From: an uncultured Gemmatimonadaceae bacterium
Lineage (GTDB): Bacteria > Gemmatimonadota > Gemmatimonadetes > Gemmatimonadales > Gemmatimonadaceae
NCBI GenBank assembly: GCA_963829055.1
Contig: CAWHHI010000011.1
Span: 288,001 to 352,000, forward strand
Direction: 5' to 3'
Length of the DNA: 64,000 bases
Shown here: positions 40,126 through 51,009 of the stretch, piece by piece
Layout: every line of letters begins with the position of its first letter
Position numbering within the stretch: position 1 is the first letter of the stretch
Position numbers and translations under genes: made by a program
Notes under the pieces: model-generated
What the model saw: only the letters and a program-made list of their open reading frames with translations
Databases searched by the model: none
Told to the model about the DNA's origin: nothing

Positions 40126-41673
40126 TCATATCATCTGCTCGGCTTTGACCTTCTTCCGTTGCGCATCCATGTGACGCCGGAACCGCTCCTTCACTTCGGG
40201 CCGCTCCTTTGGCGCTTCCGCAAAGCCGTATCCCGCGGCGACGCCCGTTCCGACGCCGGCGAAGAACTCGCGCATGCGAGCCATCCGATCGCGGCCCGCC
40301 ACGGCGCCGTTCACCGTTGCGGCCAGCGAGCCGGCGCCCGCGGGACCGAACAGCGGTCGCGCCGATACGACGTTCGTGAAGTACACGGAGGGAATCGCGC
40401 GCTCCTTCGCCGCCTGCACGACCGGCGTCGTGCCGATCGCCAGATCGGGCGCGTACTCGCCTAACGCCGCGAGATCCTGTTCGAGCGACGCCCGGAATTG
40501 CACCTGCACGCCGCGCGCTGCGAGCCACTCGCGGTCGACGTCACTCCACGGCGTTCGCGGGCAGGCCGTTCCGACGTAGCGCACGTCCGCCCCGGCCTCG
40601 ATCAGCAGCCGCGCCACGATCAGCTCACTGCCCTCGTAGCCGGACAGGGTGATGCGCGCCGTGATCGGATTCTTCGCGAGCGTCGCGGCGATGGCCGGCA
40701 GCACCCGCGCTTTCGCCGCATCGATGCGATCGTCGGCGACGCCGGCCGCACGACCCACCGCCTCGAGCCAGCCAGCTGTGCCCTCGACGCCGACGGGCGC
40801 TGAGCCGACGACAGTACGCCCGGCTGCGTGCAGCTCTCGCACCGACGCGGTGTAGAACGGATGCACGGCAGCCGCCACCTCGCAGTCCAGCGCCGCGTAC
40901 AGGTCACGCCATTCGCGCGTCGGGACACTCGGGCCCGCGGCCAGGCCCATTGGCTCGAGCATCATTCCGAGCCCCACGGGGTCCGCGGGAAAGAGCTCAC
41001 CGAGGAACGTCACCGTCGGACGCTCCGACACGCCGCCACGCGGAGCCGCGACCGGCCCCTGCTCCGCTTCGAGCCGCGCGTACCGCAGCATGGCGCCGGA
41101 GAGAACGTCCTTCGCTTCCGCGTGCGTCGGCACACCGAACCCCGGCACATCGATCCCGATGATCCTGACGCCGTTGATCTGCTTCGGGAGGAGCTGCAAC
41201 GGAACACCGGACGCTGTCGGCACGCACAGGTTCGTCACGATGATCGCGTCGTACTGCGCCGGATCGGCGAGTGCGTAAACAGCGTCGCGAATGTCCTCGA
41301 ACAGCTTGCCCGTGACGAGCGTTTCGGAGTTGAACGGGACGTACCCGACCGTGCGTCGCGCGCCGTAGAAGTGTGACGTGAACGTCAGGCCGTACACACA
41401 GCACGCCGAGCCCGAGAGCACCGTCGCCGTTCGCCGCATGCGAAGACCGACGCGCAGCGAGCCGAACGCCGGGCACATGGACTGCGGCTGGTCGTGCGGC
41501 CCCTTCGGGTAGTCGCGCGCGAAGCCGTCCAGCAGCTCGGTCTTGCCCGACGCCATCGCCGCTGCCGTCATTCGCTCGGCCCCGGCGTGACAGCCAGCCA
41601 CGTTAGGCGTCGCCCCCGTGGGCTGCTCGGGCGCGACGTCCATCAGCGGCAGCGGCGTGGCGCTACGCGGCAT
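40126..41673 (-). CDS. bchY: chlorophyllide reductase subunit Y
   Basis: [43 protein letters not shown]. Confidence 0.97.
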   Translation of the reverse strand: MPRSATPLPLMDVAPEQPTGATPNVAGCHAGAERMTAAAMASGKTELLDGFARDYPKGPHDQPQSMCPAFGSLRVGLRMRRTATVLSGSACCVYGLTFTSHFYGARRTVGYVPFNSETLVTGKLFEDIRDAVYALADPAQYDAIIVTNLCVPTASGVPLQLLPKQINGVRIIGIDVPGFGVPTHAEAKDVLSGAMLRYARLEAEQGPVAAPRGGVSERPTVTFLGELFPADPVGLGMMLEPMGLAAGPSVPTREWRDLYAALDCEVAAAVHPFYTASVRELHAAGRTVVGSAPVGVEGTAGWLEAVGRAAGVADDRIDAAKARVLPAIAATLAKNPITARITLSGYEGSELIVARLLIEAGADVRYVGTACPRTPWSDVDREWLAARGVQVQFRASLEQDLAALGEYAPDLAIGTTPVVQAAKERAIPSVYFTNVVSARPLFGPAGAGSLAATVNGAVAGRDRMARMREFFAGVGTGVAAGYGFAEAPKERPEVKERFRRHMDAQRKKVKAEQMI

Positions 41674-42672
41674 CGTACACGACCTCGAGTGTTGGCCGTG
41701 AAGTGTCGCGCTTGCCCGTCATGTCGAACGTCGTCGCAGGCTCGAGCACCACGCCTCGCCCAACCGCATCGCCCTTGAATAGACCGAGCAGGTCGTCGTG
41801 GGTGAGCGGGTTCGGACGAAGCGGTGGCGCGGTCGCGACGTTGGCCGCGAGCATCTCGAACATCGGCGCCCCACTCGTCCGCCCGGACGGCCGACGATCT
41901 CGTAGTTCGCGCTTTTGCGTCGGATGTCGTCGTGCGCTGGAATCGCCGACAACACCGGTATGCCGGCCCGCTCCGCGAACGCCTGCGCTTCGCCGGTGCC
42001 ATCGTCCTTGTTGATCACGAGGCCCGCGACGCCCACGTTCCCGCCAAGCTTTCGGAAATACTCGACGGCCGAGCACACGTTGTTCGCGACGTACAGCGAC
42101 TGCAGGTCGTTGCTGCCGACGACGATGACCTTCTGGCACATGTCGCGCGCGATCGGCAGGCCGAAGCCGCCACAGACGACGTCGCCGAGGAAGTCGAGCA
42201 GCACGAAGTCGAAGCCCCACTCGTGAAAGCCAAGCTTCTCCAGCAGCTCGAACCCGTGGATGATGCCGCGGCCACCGCATCCGCGACCGACTTCCGGGCC
42301 GCCGAGCTCCATCGCGAACACGCCGTCGCGCTTGAAGCACACGTCGCCGATCTGTACGTCCTCGCCGGCGAGCTTCTTCTTCGACGACGTCTCGATGATG
42401 GTCGGACACGCACGGCCGCCGAACAGCAGCGACGTCGTGTCACTCTTCGGATCGCATCCGATGAGCAGCACCTTCTTGCCCTGCTGCGCCATCATGTACG
42501 ACAGGTTCGCGAGCGTGAAGCTCTTTCCGATTCCACCTTTGCCGTAGATCGCGATGATCTGCGTCTCTTTGGTGGCCGGAGCGGTGTGCACCGGATCGGG
42601 CTCCGTCGCCGCTTCTGCCGCGACTGACCTCCGGAGCGTGACCATCGCCGTGTTCGGGCCGCCGTCGATCAT
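41663..42672 (-). CDS. bchX: chlorophyllide reductase iron protein X (frameshift near 41875)
   Basis: [47 protein letters not shown]-terminal LEVVYD in a shifted frame. Confidence 0.96.
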
Positions 42673-43607
42673 GCGCACTGCCTCCAGTCCAGAATCATTT
42701 TCACGCATGCCGAGTCTTCGAATGCAGTCGCGTAGGCGACGTCGGCGGCGCGCGCGTCAACGCGGTGAGTGACGAGTCCGTCCAGGGACAGCGCGCCCGA
42801 GGTGACGAGATCGCGCACCGCTGCCATGTCCGCTGGCTGCCATTCGGCGGCGACGCGCAGACGCGCGCTCCGCATGAAGGCCGGCGGAAACTCGAACGAC
42901 ACGGGCGCTGCGTAGAACGCCGCGAGCACGAGCTCGCCGCGCGGCGCGAGGCGCGTGATGAGCGTGTCGATGAGCGAGGGGTCACCACTCACGTCACAGA
43001 TGCAGCGGTAGTCCCGACGTGGATCGCTGTCGGCATTGGCGACCGCGTAGCCGCGAGCGTCGAAGTGTCGTGCAGGATTCGATTCCCAGACGAGGGGCGG
43101 CGGTGCACCTAACGCGACGACGACGCGGGCAATCAGGCGGCCAAGTGCGCCGTGTCCGACGACGAGCTCGGGTGGTGTTGCTCCGTCGATGATCGCGTGA
43201 TACGCCGTGGCCGCGAGCGCGAAGAGTGCCGCTGTCTCACCGAGGGTCTCGGGCACCGCGATTGTTCGCGCTCCCGGTACGATCAACCGCGACGCCGTTC
43301 CACCGAAGAGGCAGCGCGCGTCCGTGAAGCACCGCGCGCCTGGCACGAACACCATGTCGCCCGCTTCACGCCCCGACTCGGCTCCAGCCTCGCTGATGCG
43401 CCCGACGGACTCGTAGCCGGGAACGAGCGGGTAGCCCATTCCGGGGAACGCGGGCATCGCGCCGGTCCAGAGTAGCCGTTCGGTCCCGGTGCTCACGCCA
43501 CTCCACTGCACGTCCACTACGACGTCGGCCGGGGTTGGCCGCGTCAGTGCGAGAGGTCGCACCGCGAGTGCACGAGGACGGTCGAAGACGACCGCGGTGG
43601 AGTTCAC
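42669..43607 (-). CDS. bchC: 3-hydroxyethyl bacteriochlorophyllide a dehydrogenase
   Basis: SGVSTGTERLLWTGAMP.FPGMGYPLVPGYESVG, FPPAFM..RLRVAAEW, KMILDW. Confidence 0.96.
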   Translation of the reverse strand: MNSTAVVFDRPRALAVRPLALTRPTPADVVVDVQWSGVSTGTERLLWTGAMPAFPGMGYPLVPGYESVGRISEAGAESGREAGDMVFVPGARCFTDARCLFGGTASRLIVPGARTIAVPETLGETAALFALAATAYHAIIDGATPPELVVGHGALGRLIARVVVALGAPPPLVWESNPARHFDARGYAVANADSDPRRDYRCICDVSGDPSLIDTLITRLAPRGELVLAAFYAAPVSFEFPPAFMRSARLRVAAEWQPADMAAVRDLVTSGALSLDGLVTHRVDARAADVAYATAFEDSACVKMILDWRQCA

Positions 43608-43641
43608 TTCCTGTTGCCTCCGGTCGGAAGGGTCAGGCGAG

Positions 43642-43685
43642 TGTCAATGTATATGTACACAAAAAATAGTCAATATAAGTTTACA
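43642..43685. promoter_or_regulatory. tandem PpsR boxes upstream of bchC
   Basis: TGTCAATGTATATGTACA (43642-43659) and AGTCAATATAAGTTTACA (43668-43685), 8 bp spacer. Confidence 0.85.
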
Positions 43686-43723
43686 GTAGACCACGACTGC
43701 GTCCGCTGGCGAACCCCTGGGAA

Positions 43724-44891
43724 TCACGCGATACCCACGACCACCCCGGCATGCACCGGGTATCGCGTACGCACGACGCGCGAGCGGCTGAAGCCGGCCT
43801 CTCGCAGCAACGATCGGAGCTCCTCGACCGTTCGCGCTCGGCCGCCACCCATGGCCGCGAGGTAGAAACCGAAATACACGTCACCCACCGCCCGCGCCCC
43901 ACGCACGCCGGCGAGCGCCTCCGCGATGATCACGCGACCGCCTGGCCGAAGGCTCGCGCGAACGCGGGCAAGTAGCGGCCGCACGGCATTGTCACTGTGA
44001 TCGAGCAGCACGCGCACCAGTGTGACCACATTGGCGCCAGAGGGAATCGCATTCTATATGAAAGTCCCCTCCCTCGAGCGTGACTCGGTCCGCGATTCCC
44101 ATCCGCGCGAGCCGTGTCTGCGCGCGCGCCACGACGGACGGCAGGTCGAACAACGTGAGGCGAACCGACGGATGGCGCGCCGCGACCGCGGCGACGAACG
44201 CGCCCTCGCCGCCGCCAACGTCGAGCAGCGACTGGCATCCATCGAGCGAGCAGACGTCGAGGACCTCCTCGGCGATCGGCTCGACGGTCGCGGTCATCAA
44301 CGCGCTGTACGGCGCGACCTCGTCATGCGGCAGCGAGTCGGGATGCGCCGACGACGCGTACGCGAAGAATCGCGAGATCGCCGTATCTCTACCGCGGTCG
44401 CCGCGCAGCACGGCGAGCGGATCAGTGAGCGTCGCGTAGAGGAGTCGATTGTGCTCGATCATCCGCGTGAGCCCGGGATTCGCGAGCAGTGGTCCACCGA
44501 GCGGACCGAGCCCGAATCGCCCAGCCGAGCGTCCTTGCAGAAGCCCGAGCGCCTCGGCGGCGCGCAGCAGTCGCCATACGCCTTCGATCGGCATCGACGT
44601 CGCGACAGCGATGTCCGCCGGCGCCAGGGGGCCGTGCGCCAGGAGCGTGAAGAGGTCGAGCCGAACACACGCATCGAGCGTCTGCGTGTACACAAACCCG
44701 GCACAGAGGTCGAACGCGGCCCGCGACCGTCGACGCGCGATGGCGCGAGTCAGCGGAAACGCGCCGGCCCAGCGCTGGAATGCCGGTGAGCGGACGAGCG
44801 CATCGCGAGCAGCGAGAATGCGATCTCGCAGCGTCAGACTTTCGGCGGCCCGCATACGTGCGGGCGTGAGCACGGTGTCCGCGATCGTCAT
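43724..44891 (-). CDS. crtF: hydroxyneurosporene-type carotenoid O-methyltransferase (frameshift near 44050)
   Basis: FQRWAGAFPLTR..FDLCAGFVYTQ, LLDVGGGEG, VRVL.DH, GDVYFGFYL.AMG.GR.R. Confidence 0.92.
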
Positions 44892-44923
44892 CGGTCAGGC
44901 GATGATACGGCCCGCCGGTGATA

Positions 44924-44967
44924 TGTCAAGCTTCGTTTACTGTTTTTCGTGTACGCATATTGCGACA
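44924..44967. promoter_or_regulatory. tandem PpsR boxes in the divergent crtF/bchI promoter
   Basis: TGTCAAGCTTCGTTTACT (44924-44941) and TGTACGCATATTGCGACA (44950-44967), 8 bp spacer. Confidence 0.8.
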
Positions 44968-45012
44968 CACCGGTCATTGTCGTACCGTACGGCGTCGCCC
45001 ACCAAGGATCCT

Positions 45013-46041
45013 GTGCGCCACGTCTATCCGTTCTCCGCGATCGTCGGACAGGATGAGATGAAGGCGGCCCTCCTCGCCGCCGCCGTGGATCCGACCATCG
45101 GCGGCGTCCTGATCCTGGGCGAGCGCGGCACCGGGAAGTCGACCGCGGTGCGCGCGCTGGCGGCGCTGCTTCCGGCGATCTCCGTCGTCACGGGATGTCG
45201 TTTCGGCTGCGACCCGACCGCGAACGGTTCGCGATGCGATGAGTGTCACGCGCGCATCGCCGGCGGCGAACGGCTGACTCGCCGCCCCGCCGCCATCCCG
45301 GTCGTGGACCTCCCGCTCGGTGCCACGGAGGATCGCGTCGTCGGCGCACTCGATCTGGAGCGCGCGCTCAGCCGCGGCGAGCGCGCCTTCGAGCCCGGGT
45401 TGCTGGCGCGCGCGCATCGCGGCTTCCTGTACGTCGACGAGGTGAACCTGCTCGAGGATCATCTCGTCGACCTGCTGCTCGATGTCGCGGCGACCGGCGA
45501 GAACGTCGTCGAGCGCGATGGGCTGAGTCTCCGGCATCCAGCGCGCTTCGTCCTCGTCGGTAGCGGGAATCCCGAAGAAGGCGAGTTGCGCCCGCAGCTG
45601 CTGGATCGCTTTGGCCTTGCCGTTACGGTCGGCACGCCCACGAACCTCGCCGAGCGCGTCGAGATCGTTAGGCGTCGCGACGAGTACGACCGCGACGCCG
45701 CCGCCTTCGCCCAGCGATGGACGCGCGCCGAGGCGTCGCTGCGTCGCCGCATCCAGCGCGCGCGGGCGCTCGTTACACGAGTCGAGGTCCCTGACGCCGT
45801 GATGCAGAAAGCAGCGGAGCTCTGCGCGAGACTGCAGACCGACGGCCTGCGTGGCGAGCTGACACTGTTGCGGGTCATGCGGGCGCTGGCGGCGCTCGAC
45901 GCAGTCACCGTGGTTACCACGGATCATCTCCGGCGCGTCGCCACGATGGCGCTCGGTCATCGACTGCGCCGCGACCCGCTCGACGAGACCCGGGCGACCG
46001 CGCGCGTCGACCGCGCCGTCGCCGAGATGCAGCGTGCCTAA
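45013..46041 (+). CDS. bchI: magnesium chelatase subunit I
   Basis: YPFSAIVGQDEMK, GERGTGKST, LPLGATEDRVVG, GNPEEGELRPQLLDRFG. Confidence 0.97.
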   Translation: MRHVYPFSAIVGQDEMKAALLAAAVDPTIGGVLILGERGTGKSTAVRALAALLPAISVVTGCRFGCDPTANGSRCDECHARIAGGERLTRRPAAIPVVDLPLGATEDRVVGALDLERALSRGERAFEPGLLARAHRGFLYVDEVNLLEDHLVDLLLDVAATGENVVERDGLSLRHPARFVLVGSGNPEEGELRPQLLDRFGLAVTVGTPTNLAERVEIVRRRDEYDRDAAAFAQRWTRAEASLRRRIQRARALVTRVEVPDAVMQKAAELCARLQTDGLRGELTLLRVMRALAALDAVTVVTTDHLRRVATMALGHRLRRDPLDETRATARVDRAVAEMQRA

Positions 46042-47866
46042 CGCTTCACCGGTCGCCACGGCAACGAGCGCGTCGGACACGATCGAGGATACGGGCCTCG
46101 CCGATTCGACGCTCGTCACCTCGCTGCTCGCCGTGGACCCACACCTGGGCGGCGCAGTACTCCGCGTCGGGGATCAGGACGCCTGCCGGTGGTGGCTCGA
46201 GCGATTGCATGGCCAACGGGGCCTCGCGTCGCCGGTGAGACGCGTTCCCATCGGCATCTCGGACGACCGGCTCATCGGCGGTATCGATCTCGCTGCATCA
46301 CTGGCCGCGCGACGACGCGTCGCCGCTCGCGGACTGCTCGCGCAGGCCGACGGGGGCACGCTCGTCGTCCCGTTCGCCGATCGCGTGAACGCGGCCACGG
46401 TATGGCACATCGCCGCTGCGGTCGATACGAGCCTCGTATCCGTGGAGCGTGATGGGATCACCGCCCGTGATGATGCCGCGGTCGTCGTAATCGCGCTCAT
46501 CTCGCCCGATCGCGATGCCGACGACGAACCGCGCGTGCACGACTCGTGGCGCGAGCGGCTGGCCTTCGACGTCCGCATCGAGCGGACGACATTGGACGCG
46601 CCGCCGCCCGCCTCGGCTATCGCGCTCGCACAGGCGCGCCTGCCGACGGTCGTACATGACGCGGACGCGATCATGGCCGTCTGTCGCGCCGCGCTGGTGC
46701 TCGGAGTGCAGTCGGTGCGGGCATCGGTCCTCGCGCTGCGCGCGGCACGAGCCCACGCAGCGCTCGCCGGCAGACGCGATGTGACGGCGTCGGACCTGAT
46801 GGTCGCCGCGCGGCTGGTGCTCGCCCCTCGCGCGCAGCCACACGAGACGCTCGAGTCGTCCACATCGTCGACACCAGGCGACAACGGCTCGCCTAACGAG
46901 CAGCCGCCAGCATCATCGCGGGAGCCGGGCGACGCGGCGTCCTCGCAGCAAGAGAGCGCGCCGTCGTCCTTGACCGACATCGTCGTGGCCGCTGCCCGTG
47001 CGTCGATTCCGGCAGACCTCCTCACCCGAACCGCGCGGGGCGCCGCAGCCAAAGCGCGTCGCGCTGGCCGGAGCGGCGCCGATCACGCGTCGGCACAACG
47101 CGGACGACAGATCGGCGTGCGACGCGGGGAGCTGCGGTCTGGTCGCCTCGACATCGTGGCGACGCTACAGGCAGCGGCTCCGTGGCAGCGCCTGCGCGGC
47201 ACGTCACGCCGTGACGGCAATGGGCGCGACGGCAATGGGCCGGACAACCTCGCGATCACGAAGGATGACTTCCGCCTGCGCCGCTTTCGCCATCGCGCCG
47301 CTACCACGACGGTGTTCGTGGTCGACGCATCTGGGTCATCAGCGCGGGCGCGGCTGGCAGAGGCGAAAGGCGCCGTCGAGCTGCTGCTCGCCGCGAGCTA
47401 CGCAAGGCGCGACCGTGTGAGCCTCATCGCGTTCGGCGGCAGAGCCGCGCGCTGCGTGCTCCCGCCGACGCGCGCGCTCGCGAGAGCGCGCCGCGAGTTG
47501 GCGAGCCTTGCCGCAGGCGGCGGAACACCGCTCGCGAATGGTCTCGACCTCGCGCGCGAGGCAGCAGCCGCCGCTACCGCAACGGGCGACGACGCGCTCA
47601 TTGTCGTGCTCACCGATGGCGGCGCGAACATCGCCCGCGACGGTGCCGCAGGTCGCGAGCGGGCCATGCGCGATGCGCTCGACTCGGCGCGCCGCCTGCG
47701 CGCGCTCGGCGCGGACGCGCTGGTGATCGATTGTGCGGTCCGTCCGAGCACCGCCGCTCGCGAGATCGCGTTGGCCATGGGCGCCCGACATGCGTGGCTT
47801 CCGCGCGCGGACGCCCGCGCGGTGCACGGCATCGTGAGCGCAGCACGACGGCAGCCCGCACCGTGA
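46034..47866 (+). CDS. bchD: magnesium chelatase subunit D
   Basis: DDRLIGGIDL, Pro/Ser-rich linker, ATLQAAAPWQ, vWA VVDASGS..EAKGAVELLL, GGGTPLA, LTDG. Confidence 0.94.
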   Translation: MPNASPVATATSASDTIEDTGLADSTLVTSLLAVDPHLGGAVLRVGDQDACRWWLERLHGQRGLASPVRRVPIGISDDRLIGGIDLAASLAARRRVAARGLLAQADGGTLVVPFADRVNAATVWHIAAAVDTSLVSVERDGITARDDAAVVVIALISPDRDADDEPRVHDSWRERLAFDVRIERTTLDAPPPASAIALAQARLPTVVHDADAIMAVCRAALVLGVQSVRASVLALRAARAHAALAGRRDVTASDLMVAARLVLAPRAQPHETLESSTSSTPGDNGSPNEQPPASSREPGDAASSQQESAPSSLTDIVVAAARASIPADLLTRTARGAAAKARRAGRSGADHASAQRGRQIGVRRGELRSGRLDIVATLQAAAPWQRLRGTSRRDGNGRDGNGPDNLAITKDDFRLRRFRHRAATTTVFVVDASGSSARARLAEAKGAVELLLAASYARRDRVSLIAFGGRAARCVLPPTRALARARRELASLAAGGGTPLANGLDLAREAAAAATATGDDALIVVLTDGGANIARDGAAGRERAMRDALDSARRLRALGADALVIDCAVRPSTAAREIALAMGARHAWLPRADARAVHGIVSAARRQPAP

Positions 47867-47873
47867 CGACATC

Positions 47874-48686
47874 ATGAGTATGGGTGTCACGCCGGTGCCG
47901 CACAGCACCAACCGCGTCGACCGCGCCGCGCGGCGCGGTGGTGCAATCGGCGTGACGTTGGTGGTCGTGTTCTGGTGGCTCACGACCGGCGTGCTGCTCG
48001 CGGCGCAGCGCAGCGACGCGACTCGCGTGCTGGCACTCGTTGCAACGTCGGTACTCGCGATTGTCGGCGGGTACTGGATCGCGGGTGCGCGGACGGACAG
48101 TACGCCGGCAGGCGTGACGCGGTCTTTCTTTGGTGGTGCCATGCTGTGGTTCTGGGTCGCCGCAACGTTGTATGGCGGCTGGATCGTCGGCGTGAGCGTG
48201 CCTGCACCCGCCGGTGACATCTCCCGCCTCGCGCTCGCGAGTCAGGCAATCGCCGCCACGATCTACAACGACGTCCTCGGCCTCATCGTCATTGCCGTTG
48301 CCTTCGTGCTGTCGCGCGGCGGCACCACGCATACGGGCGCGTGGACGGTCGTGACATTCTGGTCTGCGCATCAGATCGCGAAGCTGAACGTGTTTGCGGG
48401 CGTCGCGCACGCGGGGAGCGAGTACCTGCCTCCCTATCTCGATCATTTGCGGCGCTACTTCGGACCGGAAGTCAACTCGCCGCTCCTCGGCCTGTCGATC
48501 ATGGTGATGGCAGCGGCCGCCGTTGCTCTCGTCCTCCGAGCCAGGCGCGACGGACGGCCAGCCGCGCGCCGACAGTCCCTCCTGCTCGCGGCGTTAATTG
48601 CGCTCGCGCTGCTCGAGCACGTGCTGCTGGGAATCGGCACCGGGGGCGCACTCTGGACGATGTTCGTCGTGCGTGGGCGGGTTTGA
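47874..48686 (+). CDS. puhE: PuhE (DUF3623) membrane protein
   Basis: FWWLTTG, G.WT...FW..HQIAKLNVFAGV..EYLP..L.HL..YF, LALLEH. Confidence 0.8.
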   Translation: MSMGVTPVPHSTNRVDRAARRGGAIGVTLVVVFWWLTTGVLLAAQRSDATRVLALVATSVLAIVGGYWIAGARTDSTPAGVTRSFFGGAMLWFWVAATLYGGWIVGVSVPAPAGDISRLALASQAIAATIYNDVLGLIVIAVAFVLSRGGTTHTGAWTVVTFWSAHQIAKLNVFAGVAHAGSEYLPPYLDHLRRYFGPEVNSPLLGLSIMVMAAAAVALVLRARRDGRPAARRQSLLLAALIALALLEHVLLGIGTGGALWTMFVVRGRV

Positions 48687-48789
48687 CCTGCTTCCCGCAG
48701 CCGGGCAGACAATCCGTGCTTGACATCAATGCGTCGTGGCGGGAACATGGCACCGTCGCCGTACGGATTCACCCAGGGGTAACGCCACC

Positions 48790-50991
48790 ATGAACGCACC
48801 GTCGGAGCATCCTGCGTTCGGCTCAGCTGATCTGTCGAACTGCGAGCGTGAGCTGATTCACCTCGCCGGTTCAATTCAGCCGAGTGGTGCGCTGCTTGTC
48901 GTTCGCGAACCCGATTTCACGGTCGTTCAGGCGAGCGAGAACGCGCCAACGATTCTCGGTCTCAGCATTCCGACGCTGGTCGGAACATCGTTGGACGCCC
49001 TGGACAGCGATCTCGCGAAACAGGTGCGGACGCTATCGCAATCGGCCTTACTCGGCATGCCGAGTCCGTTGCGGTGCTACATCGCGACAGTCTCCGGCCG
49101 TCGTCAGTTCGACGTCGCGATCCATCGAGCCGGCCACGCTGGCATCGTGATCGAGCTCGAGCCGAGAGAGATACAGGCGGACGGGTCTGATCGGAACGCG
49201 GTGGGGCTCGCGCGCACGCTCACGGGAATGATCGCCGACATCGGCTCCGCGCCGACGATCGACACGCTCTGCGATGCCGTCGTGACGCACTTCCGGACGC
49301 TCGCTGGCTACGATCGCGTGATGGTCTACAAGTTCGACGAGGACGGTCACGGCGAGGTCGTTGCCGAAGCGCGCGACCCGCGTTTCGAGCCGTTCCTCGG
49401 CCTCCACTATCCGGCGTCGGACATCCCGCAGCGCGCACGCGACCTGTACATGCGGAATCGCGTGCGCGTGCTCGTGGACGTCTACTACCGCCCCGTGCCG
49501 GTCGAGCCGCGCATCTCGCCCGTGACGGGCGACGAGCTCGATATGTCGCAGTGCCATCTGCGGAGCATGTCCCCGCTGCACCTGCAGTACCTGCAGAACA
49601 TGGGCGTCACGGGGACACTCGTCGCCTCGCTCGTTAGGCAGGGGCGACTCTGGGGCTTGGTGGCGTGCCATCACTACGAGCCCAAGGTCGTTCCGTACGA
49701 CCTCCGGGCCGCGTGCGAGCTGCTCGCCGAAGTCGTGTCCACACGCATCTCTGCGCTCGAGAACTACGCGCAGGCACACGCCGAGCTGCTGGTGCGAAAG
49801 CTGGAGCGACGTCTCATCGATGCCACCGCGACAACCGGTGACTGGCGACTGGCGTTGTTCAATCAGCCGCAGACGCTGCTCCGAGCCGTCGAGGCCACGG
49901 GCGCCGCGTTGTTCCACGAAGGCGAGGTGCTCACCGCGGGTGAGACGCCAACGGTGGAAGAGGTGCGCGCGGTGTGCGAGTGGCTCTCGAAAGAATCCAC
50001 CGAGCCGCTGTTCTTCTGTTCGTCCATCGCACGGTTGAATCCGGATTTCGCATCGCTCTCCGCGACGGCCAGCGGCATTCTCGCCGTCGCGCTCGCACCG
50101 AGTGATGGCGAATACCTCATCTGGTTCCGCCGTGAGCAACCTCGGTCCGTCACCTGGGCAGGAAATCCGAACAAGCCGTTCGTCGTCGGGAATCATCCGC
50201 GCGACCTTTCGCCGCGGAGGTCGTTTGCGGCGTGGAGTGAGCTGGTTCGTGACACGGCGCGGCCGTGGTCCACGTCGGAGCTCGCGACGGCGAGCGCGAT
50301 TCGCTCATCGCTCGTTGATCTCGTGCTGCAGATCCGGTCGGTGCGCGTTCTCATCGTCGAACGGCAGGCAGCGCGGGCCCGCACCGCGGTGGAGACCGCG
50401 CCCGAGCCTGTAGTGATCGCCGGCGCCGACGGGCGCATCATGCTCGCCAACCAGGCGTTCAACAACCTGTTCACGCGGCCCAAGGGTCATGTCACCACGC
50501 TCGCTGACCTTCCGGCGCTGTTCGCGGAACCTGACCGCGTGCGTGGCGTGCTGCAGCGCCTGCGTGAAGATGGACAGCCATGGCGCGGCGAGCTGACCCT
50601 GGCGAAGACCGTCAGTCGTGGCGCACAGCTCGCGCTGCGCGCCGATCCCGTGCCGACCGCGAACGCAGAAATGCTCGGCTTCGTGCTGATCTTCACTGAT
50701 CGCTCGGAGCGCCGGGAGGCGGAGGCCACGCGCCGTCGTCTCGAGCACACGCCGGCCGACAGCTACCGATCACCACTCGGCGGAGTGGCCGCGGCCGCCA
50801 TGGACGACTACGATCATCTCGTCGCGGCGATCCTCGGCAACGCGAGCGCCGCGGTACTGGAGATTACGGAGTCCACCACCGATACGCCCATCGGGAATCT
50901 GATCCGGGAAGTCGAATCGGCGGCCCGCCGCGCGACGGACCTCGGCGAGCAGATCCTGAATTATTCGGCGCGGCCGGTCGGCAAGAACTGA
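48790..50991 (+). CDS. bphP: bacteriophytochrome, BphP1-type (PAS-GAF-PHY-PAS-helical output, no kinase)
   Basis: PAFGSADLSNCERELIHLAGSIQP (biliverdin-binding Cys), YPASDIP, RSMSPLHLQY, LSPRRSF; no HATPase domain. Confidence 0.94.
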   Translation: MNAPSEHPAFGSADLSNCERELIHLAGSIQPSGALLVVREPDFTVVQASENAPTILGLSIPTLVGTSLDALDSDLAKQVRTLSQSALLGMPSPLRCYIATVSGRRQFDVAIHRAGHAGIVIELEPREIQADGSDRNAVGLARTLTGMIADIGSAPTIDTLCDAVVTHFRTLAGYDRVMVYKFDEDGHGEVVAEARDPRFEPFLGLHYPASDIPQRARDLYMRNRVRVLVDVYYRPVPVEPRISPVTGDELDMSQCHLRSMSPLHLQYLQNMGVTGTLVASLVRQGRLWGLVACHHYEPKVVPYDLRAACELLAEVVSTRISALENYAQAHAELLVRKLERRLIDATATTGDWRLALFNQPQTLLRAVEATGAALFHEGEVLTAGETPTVEEVRAVCEWLSKESTEPLFFCSSIARLNPDFASLSATASGILAVALAPSDGEYLIWFRREQPRSVTWAGNPNKPFVVGNHPRDLSPRRSFAAWSELVRDTARPWSTSELATASAIRSSLVDLVLQIRSVRVLIVERQAARARTAVETAPEPVVIAGADGRIMLANQAFNNLFTRPKGHVTTLADLPALFAEPDRVRGVLQRLREDGQPWRGELTLAKTVSRGAQLALRADPVPTANAEMLGFVLIFTDRSERREAEATRRRLEHTPADSYRSPLGGVAAAAMDDYDHLVAAILGNASAAVLEITESTTDTPIGNLIREVESAARRATDLGEQILNYSARPVGKN

Positions 50992-51009
50992 CGCGGCGTT
51001 AGGCCTGGG

